From NCBI GenBank assembly GCA_963762565.1, contig CAVXLD010000007.1:416001-480000 (forward strand): a DNA stretch of 64,000 nt. Reading direction: 5' to 3'. The notes under the pieces are model-generated. The model saw nothing but the letters and a program-made list of their open reading frames with translations. It had not been told where the DNA came from and did not search any database. The position numbers and the translations under genes were made by a program. Shown here piece by piece: positions 1 to 9,775 of this stretch (positions are counted from its first letter, which is position 1; each line of letters starts with the position of its first letter). Source of the stretch: an uncultured Verrucomicrobiae bacterium (GTDB taxonomy: Bacteria; Verrucomicrobiota; Verrucomicrobiia; Chthoniobacterales; JAFAMB01).

Positions 1-1412
1 TGTGCCAGACCAAAGTACTCGTCGTATTCGACTGGAGCTGATTCTAATTCGCCGGAATTAATAGCATTAACGATCGCCCGAGTATAACTGAGTTTCATTC
101 TGGACCCGACGCCGTAGCCTCCCCCTGACCATCCGGTATTCACCAGCCAGACATGAGCACCATGGCGCTCCAATTTTTCAGCCAATAACCGGGCATAAAC
201 CGTCGGATGCCAAACTAAGAAGGGAGCTCCGAAAGAGGCGGAAAACGTCACTTGCGGTTCGGTAACACCAACCTCTGTGCCCGCGACCTTAGCGGTATAG
301 CCGGAAAGGAAGTAATACATGGCTTGTTCCCGAGTTAGCTTTGCTACAGGAGGTAGTACGCCGAACGCGTCGCAGGTTAAGAAGATCACCTGGGTTGGAT
401 GCCCACCCATGCATGGCACCTGGGAAGTTTTAATGAATTCGATGGGATATGCGCCCCGAGTGTTCTGGGTGATGCGAGCGTCTTTGAAGTCGACGATTCG
501 TTCTTCCGCGTCTAAGACAACGTTTTCGAGGACTGCCCCAAATTGTAGCGCCTGAAAAATATCAGGTTCTGACTCCGGGGTTAGATCGATCGCTTTGGCG
601 TAGCAACCGCCTTCGATATTGAAGACTCCGCTATCGCTCCAGACGTGTTCATCATCCCCGATCAGTACCCGATGTGGATCCGCCGATAAGGTGGTTTTGC
701 CTGTACCGGACAAGCCAAAGAAGAGTGAGGTTTCGGAATTTCCTTTGGCCATGGTCGCTGAACAATGCATCGGTAACTGCCCTTGTTTCGGCATCAGGTA
801 GTTCATGATGGTGAATACCCCTTTTTTCATTTCGCCGGCGTATTCCGTGCCAAGAATGACCATTTCCCGATCCTCAAAGCTAAGATCCACCGAGGTGGTC
901 GAACTCATGCCTTGAGTGAGCCTATTGGCTGGAAAAGCGCCGGCGTTGAAGATGACGTAATCGGGTTCGCCAAAACGCTCCAGCTCTTCTTGCGTTGGCC
1001 GGATCAACATGTTGCGCATGAACAGCGCGTGATAAGGGCGAGAACAAATAACCCGAATGCGCAACCTGAAGGCCGGATCCCAACCAGCGAATCCGTCCAC
1101 GACGTACAAACGCTCCCGCGTCTGCAGGTAGTCAATCGCTCGCTCCCGATTGATCTTGAAGGAGAGCGGCTCGAGCGGGAAATTGACCGGCCCCCACCAG
1201 ACGTCGTCTTGTGAAGGAGCTTGTTTAACCACTCGCTTGTCCCGAGGAGACCGTCCGGTTTTTTCTCCGGAGTAGGCTACCAATGCTCCGGTGGCCGAGA
1301 TCGATGTTTTCTTATCGAAACGAATAGCCTCTTCGTAGAGAACCGCGGGGGAAAGGTTGCGCAGAATTTGGGGGCCGGTGATCCCGTATTGAGTAAGGTC
1401 AAATGTTTGCAT
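1..1412 (-). CDS. pckA: Phosphoenolpyruvate carboxykinase (ATP), runs off the left edge
   Basis: Manual translation from ATG at 1412: MQTFDLTQYG...KTGRSPRDK...YAGEMKKG...MHCSA...FFGLSGTGKTTLSAD...IGDDEHVW...FNIEGGCYAK. Absent from the ORF track because no stop lies in the window. Confidence 0.95.
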   Translation of the reverse strand, partial: MQTFDLTQYGITGPQILRNLSPAVLYEEAIRFDKKTSISATGALVAYSGEKTGRSPRDKRVVKQAPSQDDVWWGPVNFPLEPLSFKINRERAIDYLQTRERLYVVDGFAGWDPAFRLRIRVICSRPYHALFMRNMLIRPTQEELERFGEPDYVIFNAGAFPANRLTQGMSSTTSVDLSFEDREMVILGTEYAGEMKKGVFTIMNYLMPKQGQLPMHCSATMAKGNSETSLFFGLSGTGKTTLSADPHRVLIGDDEHVWSDSGVFNIEGGCYAKAIDLTPESEPDIFQALQFGAVLENVVLDAEERIVDFKDARITQNTRGAYPIEFIKTSQVPCMGGHPTQVIFLTCDAFGVLPPVAKLTREQAMYYFLSGYTAKVAGTEVGVTEPQVTFSASFGAPFLVWHPTVYARLLAEKLERHGAHVWLVNTGWSGGGYGVGSRMKLSYTRAIVNAINSGELESAPVEYDEYFGLA

Positions 1413-1473
1413 GGTATTTCTGTAGTCAATAAGTGACAGGTGGAGCGGCGGAGTATTGGAGTACTGGAGTTTG

Positions 1474-2850
1474 TTAGGAATGGCGTTTGCGATCGAAACG
1501 GCCTTGCAGGACTCGAATCATCGCCTCTGAAGCGCTTGGATGGATGAAGGATAGGTCTGCTAACTGGTGCACCGTGAGATTCGCTCTAATAGCGCTAGAA
1601 GCTAAGTTGATCAGCTCAGCGGCACGCGAGCCGACGGCTTGACATCCCAATATTCGCCCAGTGCTGCTTTGGACAACGAGTTTCAGCAAGTTCTTATCAG
1701 GTTCGATCATAGTCCCGTCGTCATCGGTTATTAAGGGCAACGTTTCTGAAATCACGTCGACGTTGTGCCCAGCCGCGAGTGCTTCGGCTGCCGTCCAACC
1801 GGCTGCCGCAATGGGTGGCTGGGTGTGCAGGCAGCGGGGGATCCAGTGAGCATCGAACCGAGCCGGATGACCAAGAATGGTTTGCACCGCTGCTCTGGCC
1901 TGCGCGAAGGCAGCGCTATCAAGCAGCATCACTCCGTTAACGTCGCCTATGGCAAAGATTGACGGTACGCTGGTCTGCATTTGCGCGTTCACCGGGATGA
2001 AGCCGGAGCTGGCAAGGCCGACTCTCTCCAGGCCGAGCCCTTCCACATTGGGGGTACGACCCACCGCGACCAAGGTGAGATCTGGAGGAACACTGACTCC
2101 CTTGAGCATGAAACGAGGTGGAGTATCCGAGTTCGCTTCGGGTAAGGTCACCTTTTCGTTCAGGAAGATTTCTACCCCAGCATCCTCTAAAACCTGTTGC
2201 ATCCGTTTCCCGATGTCTTCGTCCCAGGTGGGTAGGAGTCGAGATTCAGCCTCGGCTAGTGTAACTTTGACTTTTCTGGCCCGATAAATCGCGGCGAGTT
2301 CACATCCGATGTAGCCACCGCCAATGACCAGTAGCGTATTCGGCGTTAGGGTACTCTGCAGAAACTGGTCACTATTTAATACGCCCGCTTTTTCGTTGCC
2401 CGGAAAGCTTGGGCGAGAACCGGTCGCTAGGATAATATTCTCAGCGCTGACAGTTTCTTTTTTGCCCAGGTCGTCGGTGATCACCACTTTATGAGGATCG
2501 AAAATTTCTCCGCGCCCGAACTTCACATCAACCGAAGTGCTATCCAGTGCGCAGCTCAATTCTTTGGCCAAACGGTTAGTGACCCGGCTCTGGACCTCTA
2601 ACCAGGAGGCCCAGTGGGTTACAATCAGGTCGGTGTACACGCCAGAATGCTGGCTTTTCCTGACCCGCTCATAGTGGGTGGCGCAGGCCCGTAAAGTTCG
2701 GACAGCGTGACACCCGCGATGAATGCCGGTTCCGCCGATCCGACCCGATTCAATTAACAAAGTGCGCAATCCCGATCGCGCAGCCTGGAGGGCCGCGTCC
2801 TTACCAGCAGAGCCGGATCCGATGACAATAACTTGATACTGATAGCTCAT
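1474..2850 (-). CDS. Pyridine nucleotide-disulfide oxidoreductase, class I (LpdA/Sth-like), atypical active site
   Basis: FAD motif GSGSAG, NAD motif GGGYIG, ATGSRP, IGD, C-terminal HPSASE. The redox motif reads GGTGIHRGC, with only one Cys. Confidence 0.85.
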   Translation of the reverse strand: MSYQYQVIVIGSGSAGKDAALQAARSGLRTLLIESGRIGGTGIHRGCHAVRTLRACATHYERVRKSQHSGVYTDLIVTHWASWLEVQSRVTNRLAKELSCALDSTSVDVKFGRGEIFDPHKVVITDDLGKKETVSAENIILATGSRPSFPGNEKAGVLNSDQFLQSTLTPNTLLVIGGGYIGCELAAIYRARKVKVTLAEAESRLLPTWDEDIGKRMQQVLEDAGVEIFLNEKVTLPEANSDTPPRFMLKGVSVPPDLTLVAVGRTPNVEGLGLERVGLASSGFIPVNAQMQTSVPSIFAIGDVNGVMLLDSAAFAQARAAVQTILGHPARFDAHWIPRCLHTQPPIAAAGWTAAEALAAGHNVDVISETLPLITDDDGTMIEPDKNLLKLVVQSSTGRILGCQAVGSRAAELINLASSAIRANLTVHQLADLSFIHPSASEAMIRVLQGRFDRKRHS

Positions 2851-3380
2851 TTTTTGTCCAAATTGAGGTTTTTTGCCGATGGCGAGTGCCCGTGTGCAGT
2901 CGTCATTATGATTGGGCTGTCTGCGTGACGCAACACGGCGTCCGCTTGTGACTGGGTGAGACCGGCGAAGCTGTGACCGTGTCCATGGACCCGAAGGATG
3001 ATCAAATCCACCTTAAGCCGTGCAGCCACCTTCAGGATCTGCTCTGAACGATTGCCGCAACAAGCAGATACAGGAAAAGTACGAAAGTGACGCTGGCGTG
3101 CTTCGAGGACCAAGTCCCATAGCCGGACTTTCAGCCGATGGCTCCAGCTGTCGTGCACATAACTGGATAGACCTCGCATGTCGGCAACGATCCCAAGTTC
3201 CTTCGTTATCGGCATCAACCAGAGGTCGGCGTCGTAGTGCTCTGCTAGCTTTATTGCGTAGTCCGTTGCATCTGCTTCGGAGCCATCCAAATCAATCGGA
3301 GCGAGGATGCGTTTGGGAGACACTTTCGTCACCTGTTCAATCGTTTTTGCTGGTTTGCCTAAATCATTGTTCACATTCAT
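2847..3380 (-). CDS. Universal stress protein
   Basis: RILAPIDL...AIKLA...VDLIIL...VLRHADSPII USP pattern; 4-bp overlap with the downstream flavoprotein gene. Confidence 0.8.
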   Translation of the reverse strand: MNVNNDLGKPAKTIEQVTKVSPKRILAPIDLDGSEADATDYAIKLAEHYDADLWLMPITKELGIVADMRGLSSYVHDSWSHRLKVRLWDLVLEARQRHFRTFPVSACCGNRSEQILKVAARLKVDLIILRVHGHGHSFAGLTQSQADAVLRHADSPIIMTTAHGHSPSAKNLNLDKK

Positions 3381-3493
3381 CTGTTTGCTCCGTTTGGGTG
3401 GGATTCACAGGCTGTAGCACGCATTTCAGCTGGCTTTCGTCAGTTTGCTTTTGTTTTCAACTTGCACTGGGACTCTAGCCTCCGGCGATGTGC

Positions 3494-4072
3494 TTAGCTC
3501 ACCGCGGAGTGTGCGGGACCATCCATCGGTTGCACTTTGCTGGCCGCGTTGCCGGCAGTTCCTGTGCCCTTATAGACAAGGATCGGACAGCTTAGATTTC
3601 GGGAGATTTCTTGGGCCCGATCTGCGGCAAAGAAAAGCAATGGCGATGCCGGATGGTGGCTCGCAATCACGACTAAATCGGCTTTTAGTAGCAGGGCCGC
3701 CAGCTCGATTTGCTCCGCGGGCGCTCCGCTGCGAAATTGCATGTCGCATTTGGGATAGAACTTACGGATCTCCTCCACAAGACTTGACAATCGCTCTTCA
3801 GCATCCCGACGGGCGTCGTCCAGCGTGTCGTAGACTCGATCACTGGCGATTTTGGCGATTCCTTCAGGATCGAACACATGAATCAATGTCACGGCGGCAT
3901 CGAAACGGCGAGCAATGCCGGCGGCGTAAACCGCGGTCGCCTTAGACCATCCGGAAAGGTCAACGGCCGCAAGTACCCTTTGGACCTTTGCATGGAAGTA
4001 GATTGGTTGTTTTCTACTTGATCCCCCCGCTGGTAGGACTGTGTTTACAACTCTGTTACGGCCTGCTTGCAT
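3494..4072 (-). CDS. Universal stress protein
   Basis: RVLAAVDLS...LIHV...ADLVVIASH...CPILVY. Start moved to ATG 4072, just after the upstream USP stop. Confidence 0.85.
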   Translation of the reverse strand: MQAGRNRVVNTVLPAGGSSRKQPIYFHAKVQRVLAAVDLSGWSKATAVYAAGIARRFDAAVTLIHVFDPEGIAKIASDRVYDTLDDARRDAEERLSSLVEEIRKFYPKCDMQFRSGAPAEQIELAALLLKADLVVIASHHPASPLLFFAADRAQEISRNLSCPILVYKGTGTAGNAASKVQPMDGPAHSAVS

Positions 4073-4076
4073 GGCT

Positions 4077-4595
4077 TCACCGTCTTCCTGTGCTGATTTC
4101 TGGGTTAGAAGCGGTCCCTTCGCGATAGACCAGGACCGGGCAACCGGTGGCGTGGAGGATCCGGGCAGCCTCATCGGTTGCAAACATAGGCTGCATAAAA
4201 TTTAGACGATGACTACCGATAACGACTAAGTCGGCCTTTAATATGGACGCCATCAGCGCGATCTGCTTCAGAGGTTCTCCGATGCGAAATTCCATTTCGC
4301 AGTCAGAATGAATTTGCCTGATCTCTTCGTACACACACAGGAGTGTCAGTTCTGCTTCCCGGCGAGCAATCTCGAAAGCCTCGTTTGGTTGCGGAGTAGT
4401 GAAGGTGATCTCCACTGGCTCAAATACATGGACTAGCGTCAATGAGGCGCCGAAATGTCTGGCAAGTGCTACCGCATATTGAGTGGTCTTGCTGGATTGC
4501 TCAGACAAATCCGTGGCGAGCACTATCCTTTTAACCATCGAATTGGATTCTGTCGACCGTCCGGTGACTAGCTTTGTTTCAAGCAAATTGTTCAT
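4077..4595 (-). CDS. Universal stress protein
   Basis: RIVLATDLS...LVHV...GEP...ADLVVIGSH...ILHATGCPVLVY. Confidence 0.9.
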   Translation of the reverse strand: MNNLLETKLVTGRSTESNSMVKRIVLATDLSEQSSKTTQYAVALARHFGASLTLVHVFEPVEITFTTPQPNEAFEIARREAELTLLCVYEEIRQIHSDCEMEFRIGEPLKQIALMASILKADLVVIGSHRLNFMQPMFATDEAARILHATGCPVLVYREGTASNPEISTGRR

Positions 4596-4699
4596 GACTC
4601 GAATTTGTTGCTATGGAGATTTAGACGACGTCAGCCAGTCGAGCTCACCATCGGTTGGCCGTAGCTGCGCGTGGTTTGTCGCCCGCAGGAATTTGGAGA

Positions 4700-4795
4700 T
4701 TTCGGCCGCCCTTTCAGGGCGCGTTTTGATGGCGACCCACTCAGGGCCGAAAGACTTTCGGCCCTGGGCTATGCTCTGTAACCGCTTCGCCGTTT
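4700..4795. repeat. REP-like palindromic element (GCCCTTTCAGGGC / CAGGGCCGAAAG..CTTTCGGCCCTG)
   Basis: Two stacked hairpins visible between the divergent USP genes. Confidence 0.55.
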
Positions 4796-4882
4796 TTTCA
4801 ACAGGCTGCTAGCCCGGAATCCTGCAACCGATGGGAAGAGTTGAACAACGGAAGTTAGGCCCCGTTGTGCCTGTAATTTAAG

Positions 4883-5407
4883 TTGGCGGTGAGAATTAAA
4901 TATATGATTTCGATGAATCATCAAAGGCAGACAGCTTCGAGCTTTGGCGTGACCGTGCCCCCGGTTTCTGCATCCGGCTGCAAAGTCAAACACATCCTTG
5001 CCCCTACGGATCTCACGGAAGCATCGGCGCGTGCGGTGGAGTACGCGCTTTGCTTGGCTGACCAGTTAGACGCCGAGCTGACGCTTTTTCATGTTTGGGA
5101 TGTCCCGGGGCGAGTTGGTGGCGCCTCGAGTGCGCTGGATTATGATCGTCTAGGCAGGGACAGAGAACTGGCGGAACAAGCCTTTTACAATCTGTATCAG
5201 CAGACTCGCTCGCGACACTTGGCGACCGACTGCTTTTTCCTGGCCGGAGATCCCTGTGCGCTAGTTCTGTCGGCGGCGAAAACTCTCTCGATAGACCTTA
5301 TTGTTATAGCATCGCATCACCGCAGCTGGCTGAGCGACTTGATTGGGAGGAGCGATATCGAGAGAATCGCGCGAAGCGCCTCCTGCGCGCTACTCACGGT
5401 TCGCTGA
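4883..5407 (+). CDS. Universal stress protein (start may be a downstream ATG)
   Basis: HILAPTDL...LFHV...GDP...IDLIVIASH...SCALLTV. Confidence 0.85.
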   Translation: MAVRIKYMISMNHQRQTASSFGVTVPPVSASGCKVKHILAPTDLTEASARAVEYALCLADQLDAELTLFHVWDVPGRVGGASSALDYDRLGRDRELAEQAFYNLYQQTRSRHLATDCFFLAGDPCALVLSAAKTLSIDLIVIASHHRSWLSDLIGRSDIERIARSASCALLTVR

Positions 5408-5526
5408 ATTTACTTTTCAAGTCAGTCGGCCGGCCAAAAACAACTCTAGGACAGCTTTGAACAACCGGAGGTGAGCCAGGGCAACCAGACTGCATAGTTT
5501 GTCGTGTAGAAAATCTGGAACACAAT

Positions 5527-6024
5527 ATGACTAACATCCTAACAGAAGCACCGACGCCGCAAGCGGTGACGCCGGGCTCTAGCGTAAATATCAAGAAAAT
5601 CCTGGTGGCTGTGGATCTGTCACCGCAGTCAGAAAAAACCGTGGCTTTTGCAGTGAGTCTCGCCAAACCCTTGGGGGCCTACATCTCCCTTGTTCACGTT
5701 TGTTCGCCGGGAGAAAGCGCGGAAGTAACGGATAAGAAAGACAAGCGATTCGACGAACCGATTTTTGTTTCACAGGAAAAATTGGAAGACTTGGAGAGAG
5801 AAGTACGGAGGACCTACCCGAATTGTTCTGCACACCTTTGTGTTGGAGATGCTGCTGATAAGATCGCTCTTATGGCCGACATTCTGCGTGTGGATCTGAT
5901 CCTCGTGGGCGGTCATCAGCCGAACGTTTTAGCTCGACTCTTAGGACTCGGCCAGACGGAGCGGATAATGCATCAAGCTCCGTGTCCGGTATTAGCCTAT
6001 TCTTCCAGCACAAGCCGAGCGTAA
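5527..6024 (+). CDS. Universal stress protein
   Basis: KILVAVDLS...LVHV...VGD...VDLILVGGH...APCPVLAY. Confidence 0.9.
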   Translation: MTNILTEAPTPQAVTPGSSVNIKKILVAVDLSPQSEKTVAFAVSLAKPLGAYISLVHVCSPGESAEVTDKKDKRFDEPIFVSQEKLEDLEREVRRTYPNCSAHLCVGDAADKIALMADILRVDLILVGGHQPNVLARLLGLGQTERIMHQAPCPVLAYSSSTSRA

Positions 6025-6159
<135 letters not shown>

Positions 6160-6182
6160 TCGCTTCGTTCGTGATAGCCCAA

Positions 6183-6572
6183 TCATGCTCCCTGTTTCCG
6201 CCGGTGAAACCAATCATCGAGATCTAAAACGAGACTGATCGGGTTGAGTTGGAATAGGAGCGCCCACGTAGCGATTTTTGTCTTATCTTGGACCTTGGAT
6301 TCTTTGGCAATCCAGTCGCCGACCTCTTGGTCGCTGACGCCGGTGGCTACGAAGGATTTGAATTGCTCTGAGTCAATCCCGGTGAATCTGAAGAAGGCTT
6401 GGTCAAGCGGGCAATTGAAATGATAGGAGCCGGAGGTTCCGGCCAGTTCCGCCCTGCACTTATCGAGCGCCCGGGCAGCGATGATTTTGTAATTCCCAAG
6501 GGGTGCGCGGGGGCTCCGGGGTGAGGTTTTGGTTAGATCCGGAGCGAGGGTTCTGACTCGTTGGTTAACCAT
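6183..6572 (-). CDS. DUF5069-like protein
   Basis: DLTKTSPRSPR...ARALDKCRA.LAG..G.YHFNCPLD..FF.F.GI motif. The ORF-track N-terminal extension is only a translated heptamer repeat; real start ATG 6572. Confidence 0.75.
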   Translation of the reverse strand: MVNQRVRTLAPDLTKTSPRSPRAPLGNYKIIAARALDKCRAELAGTSGSYHFNCPLDQAFFRFTGIDSEQFKSFVATGVSDQEVGDWIAKESKVQDKTKIATWALLFQLNPISLVLDLDDWFHRRKQGA

Positions 6573-6578
6573 GTAGGG

Positions 6579-6694
6579 AGTGATTGGTGATTGGTGATTG
6601 TGTGTGTGGGATTGGTGATTGGTGATTGGTGATTGGTGATTGGTGATTGGTGATTGGTGATTGGTGATTGGTGATTGGTGATTGGTGATTGGTG
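6579..6694 (+). repeat. Heptamer tandem repeat (GGTGATT)n, about 15 copies with one interruption
   Basis: Directly visible; same unit at 7580-7610, 7693-7731 (inverted) and 45260-45311. Confidence 0.95.
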
Positions 6695-6788
6695 AGCGCA
6701 CTGACGGACAGATAGCAACAACAAAGAGCGGGAATGTACGGTTTCGCGCCTCAGCGACGATCGACCGCTGCTTTTCACGCTTCACTTT

Positions 6789-7562
6789 TCACTTTTCTCC
6801 TTCTCTCTGGGACGCCGCTAACGCTGCTTCCCCCGCGGCCGGGGGGAAAATCTCCACCACATTTCCATCCAATCGCAGCGAGACAGAGGGTTCATGATCG
6901 TGATCGGTCGGGCCGCGGTTAATAATGACATACGGCACTCCGCGTTGGGCTGCGAGTAAAGGGAATGAGGCTGCCGGGTAGACAGAGAGAGTTGAGCCAA
7001 GCGCTACCACCAGGTCGCAACCGCGGGCGACTTCGGTCGCCTGTTCCAGATCGGCAGGATTAAGATTTTGACCAAAGCTGACCGTTGCCGGTTTAAGAAA
7101 ACCGCCACAATGGCAAAGCGGTGGTTTCCGGTGAAGGCGGAAAAATTCGTAGTGGGGTTCGGGGTCTCCGCGCCAAAGGCAGGTTTGGCACTCCACTAAC
7201 GCATTGGTTCCGTGGAGCTCGATCAAGGACTGGGTTCCGGCCAAGGTATGCAAGCCGTCGATATTCTGGGTTACAACAGCCAGGACTTTCCCGGCCTTTT
7301 CCAAATCGACGATGGCCCGGTGGACTTCATTTGGTCTGGCGGCTTTAAAAGCGGGCCAGGCTTCGAGTTTGTAATCCCAATGTTCGATCCGAGCGCGCTC
7401 CGAGCTCATGAAATCGTCGTAATAGATCGGAGCTCTTTTGGTCCAAACGCCGCCCGGTCCGCGGAAGTCCGGGATACCGCTAGCCGTGGATATGCCGGCA
7501 CCGGTGAAGATCATGATGCGGCGCGATTGCTGCAGGTGGCGGGTGAGGCGCGGGTCGGGCAT
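6789..7562 (-). CDS. cobB: NAD-dependent deacylase, sirtuin family
   Basis: TGAGISTASGIPDFRG, TQNIDGLH, ELHG, Zn-site CQTC...CHCGG, GSTLSVYPAA. Confidence 0.9.
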   Translation of the reverse strand: MPDPRLTRHLQQSRRIMIFTGAGISTASGIPDFRGPGGVWTKRAPIYYDDFMSSERARIEHWDYKLEAWPAFKAARPNEVHRAIVDLEKAGKVLAVVTQNIDGLHTLAGTQSLIELHGTNALVECQTCLWRGDPEPHYEFFRLHRKPPLCHCGGFLKPATVSFGQNLNPADLEQATEVARGCDLVVALGSTLSVYPAASFPLLAAQRGVPYVIINRGPTDHDHEPSVSLRLDGNVVEIFPPAAGEAALAASQREGEK

Positions 7563-7579
7563 TCTAGGAGTGGCGAGAA

Positions 7580-7731
7580 GGTGATTGGTGATTGGTGATT
7601 AGTGATTGGTGTCCATGGAGGTTGCCTATCGATCAGACTCAAGATGCTGTACGCGCTAATTAGCGCCAGCAGTTACGATAAGTCGAGCAAGCTCACCAAT
7701 CACCAATCACCAATCACCAATCACCAATCAC
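7580..7731. repeat. Inverted pair of heptamer arms (GGTGATT)n ... (AATCACC)n around a unique core
   Basis: Arms at about 7580-7610 and 7693-7731 are reverse complements. Confidence 0.85.
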
Positions 7732-7737
7732 GTCTCG

Positions 7738-8199
7738 CTAGCGGTGTGCCTGCAGCCATAAGCATATCCAGGCCGCGAGAAAAACTGGTGGCAAGAGCAG
7801 GGGAGAGGCGATGCCGAGCCAGCGGGTGAGTCTGCTCCCTTGGATTGCGGGGATGAAATCGCCGGGAGCCACGTGGTGCGCGTAGGTACTACGCAGGCGG
7901 TGGAGCAAGATTACCCCGGCGATGACACTGGCGTAGATCAGGAGGTCTGATAAAGAGGCCACGGCTGGGATAATGTTAAAAAGGAGATCCTGTTGTTTTG
8001 CCAACAGTTGGTTACGAGGGGTCGGCGTTCCGTTTGCGATGATGGCGTATCCGGTGAAGAAGAAGGATTGGGCTGCCATGAGCCAGGCCATCCGCTGCAC
8101 GATCAAGTTATCCTCATGCTGGATCTGGTCGCGGATCGAGCGATACCAATCAAGAGGACTGAGGGAGTCTAGGGAAAGTTTCTTCAGGGGGCCGGACAT
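7738..8199 (-). CDS. Hypothetical membrane protein (2-3 TM)
   Basis: 153-aa ORF with hydrophobic segments; no family recognised with confidence. Confidence 0.6.
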   Translation of the reverse strand: MSGPLKKLSLDSLSPLDWYRSIRDQIQHEDNLIVQRMAWLMAAQSFFFTGYAIIANGTPTPRNQLLAKQQDLLFNIIPAVASLSDLLIYASVIAGVILLHRLRSTYAHHVAPGDFIPAIQGSRLTRWLGIASPLLLPPVFLAAWICLWLQAHR

Positions 8200-8440
8200 G
8201 AACGAGGAAAAGGAACACGCGTGAGCCGTATGACGGGATGGGACTTATACGACTTATGGGACCTATGAGTCCAGGGGACTGATACCCGGCTTATCCGGTT
8301 AAGTGCGCGGTGGCACGTCGGGGGTTGACGGCTCGGCGCGCTTTTCGACCGAACGATATCTAGAGTTTCGCATCACCAGCAGCCCTAGTAACATCTTAGG
8401 TCTTTCAGGAGCCTCGCCCCACCAAAAATCCGTTTCGCCT

Positions 8441-9007
8441 TTAGTCCGGCGGATGCGCTCGGGGTTCGCGATCTTTAGTTCCGCCCGGGTTGGGTGAAGT
8501 CACGAACGGACCGCCGGCGAGAGGGGCCCTGTCGCTGAAAGCGACCTCTGGCATCTCACTGGGCTTACCTTCCAACGGGAAATCTTTCCTGAGCGGAAAG
8601 TAAGGGTAACCTTCCCACATGAGAATACGGCGCAAATCGGGATGATTGGCGAAACGGATCCCCATCATGTCAAAAATCTCGCGCTCATGCCAATCGGCTG
8701 TTTCCCACAAACGCGAAACGGTGGGGACCTCGAGATTGTCCTCCGAGACCTTGGTCTTGAGCCGTACGTGAATCTTGTCTTCTAAAGAATAGAGCTCATA
8801 CACGACTTCAAACCGGGGCTCTTCCCCCATGTGATCGACGCTGGTGATATCGATTAGGAAGTTAAACCCGAGCTCATCCCGGCAGGCCTTGCACGTCGCC
8901 TCAATCTCTTCGAGTGGAACCGAGAGAGAAATCTCGTCCCGGAATTCGGTTTGAGGCAGCTGCGGGAAACGAGTTTTTACCTTTTGGGCGAGGTCGGAGG
9001 AAGTCAT
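8441..9007 (-). CDS. nuoC: NADH-quinone oxidoreductase subunit C
   Basis: [10 protein letters not shown]...[26 protein letters not shown]...PLRKDFPL. Confidence 0.95.
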   Translation of the reverse strand: MTSSDLAQKVKTRFPQLPQTEFRDEISLSVPLEEIEATCKACRDELGFNFLIDITSVDHMGEEPRFEVVYELYSLEDKIHVRLKTKVSEDNLEVPTVSRLWETADWHEREIFDMMGIRFANHPDLRRILMWEGYPYFPLRKDFPLEGKPSEMPEVAFSDRAPLAGGPFVTSPNPGGTKDREPRAHPPD

Positions 9008-9537
9008 GAAACGGTTTCTACTAACGCTCGCTTCTGATCGCCGAGAGCGCGTTCGTGCTCGATTTTATGTTGCAGTTTCATCAGACCTTCCAGAAGCGCT
9101 TCCGGCCGTGGCGGGCAACCGCTGATATAAACGTCTACGGGTAAAAGATGATCGATTCCTTGAAGGACCGCGTAGCTCCGGTACATGCCACCGGAAGAAG
9201 CGCAGGCGCCCATGGCGATCACCCATTTTGGTTCCGGCATTTGATCGTAGATTCGTTTGACGGCCAGAGCCATTTTGTATGTGACGGTGCCGGCGACAAT
9301 CATGACGTCCGATTGCCTGGGTGAGAATCGCATAACCTCGGCTCCGAACCTGGCAATATCGAACCGGGCGGAGGCGGCGGCCATTAGCTCGATGGCGCAA
9401 CAAGCCAATCCCATCGGCATCGGCCAAAGCGAGTTCTTGCGCATCCAATTGATACAGGCATCGAGTCTGGAAAAGATGATATTGCCTTCGATTTTGGAAT
9501 CGTATGCGGCAGGCGCCGTGGTGACCATAGGGTTCAC
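9004..9537 (-). CDS. nuoB: NADH-quinone oxidoreductase subunit B
   Basis: GLACCAIE...[13 protein letters not shown]...MGACASSGG...GCPPRPE. Confidence 0.97.
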   Translation of the reverse strand: MNPMVTTAPAAYDSKIEGNIIFSRLDACINWMRKNSLWPMPMGLACCAIELMAAASARFDIARFGAEVMRFSPRQSDVMIVAGTVTYKMALAVKRIYDQMPEPKWVIAMGACASSGGMYRSYAVLQGIDHLLPVDVYISGCPPRPEALLEGLMKLQHKIEHERALGDQKRALVETVS

Positions 9538-9775
9538 AGTATGATCGCGGTCATCAGGAGCAAGTGAAATATTTCACGAGGGAAGGGGATTGCGAAAGGG
9601 CGAAGGGGCGAAACGGCGAAGGGGCGCAGAAAGCCAGGGGTGCGAAGGGACGCGTCTCAGCGGCGCACATCTTTGGCTCCGCGAATGGACGGGACCTGTA
9701 GGACGAATGGGACTTATAAGAGGCGATGGATCGCCAGGTCGCCGTTTCGCCCACTCGCCCATTCGCCGTTTCGCC

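Noticed and set aside
319..1436. Four + strand ORFs in the ORF track
   Set aside because: Antisense shadows of pckA on the - strand.
1474..2850. Calling this gene lpdA, the E3 for the 31.6-34.9 kb operon
   Set aside because: It lacks the interchange Cys needed for lipoamide chemistry and lies 29 kb away.
6789..8199. Sirtuin plus membrane protein as an anti-phage Sir2 system
   Set aside because: The sirtuin has the complete classical deacylase motifs and Zn site, not the SIR2-like NADase architecture, and no defence partners are nearby.
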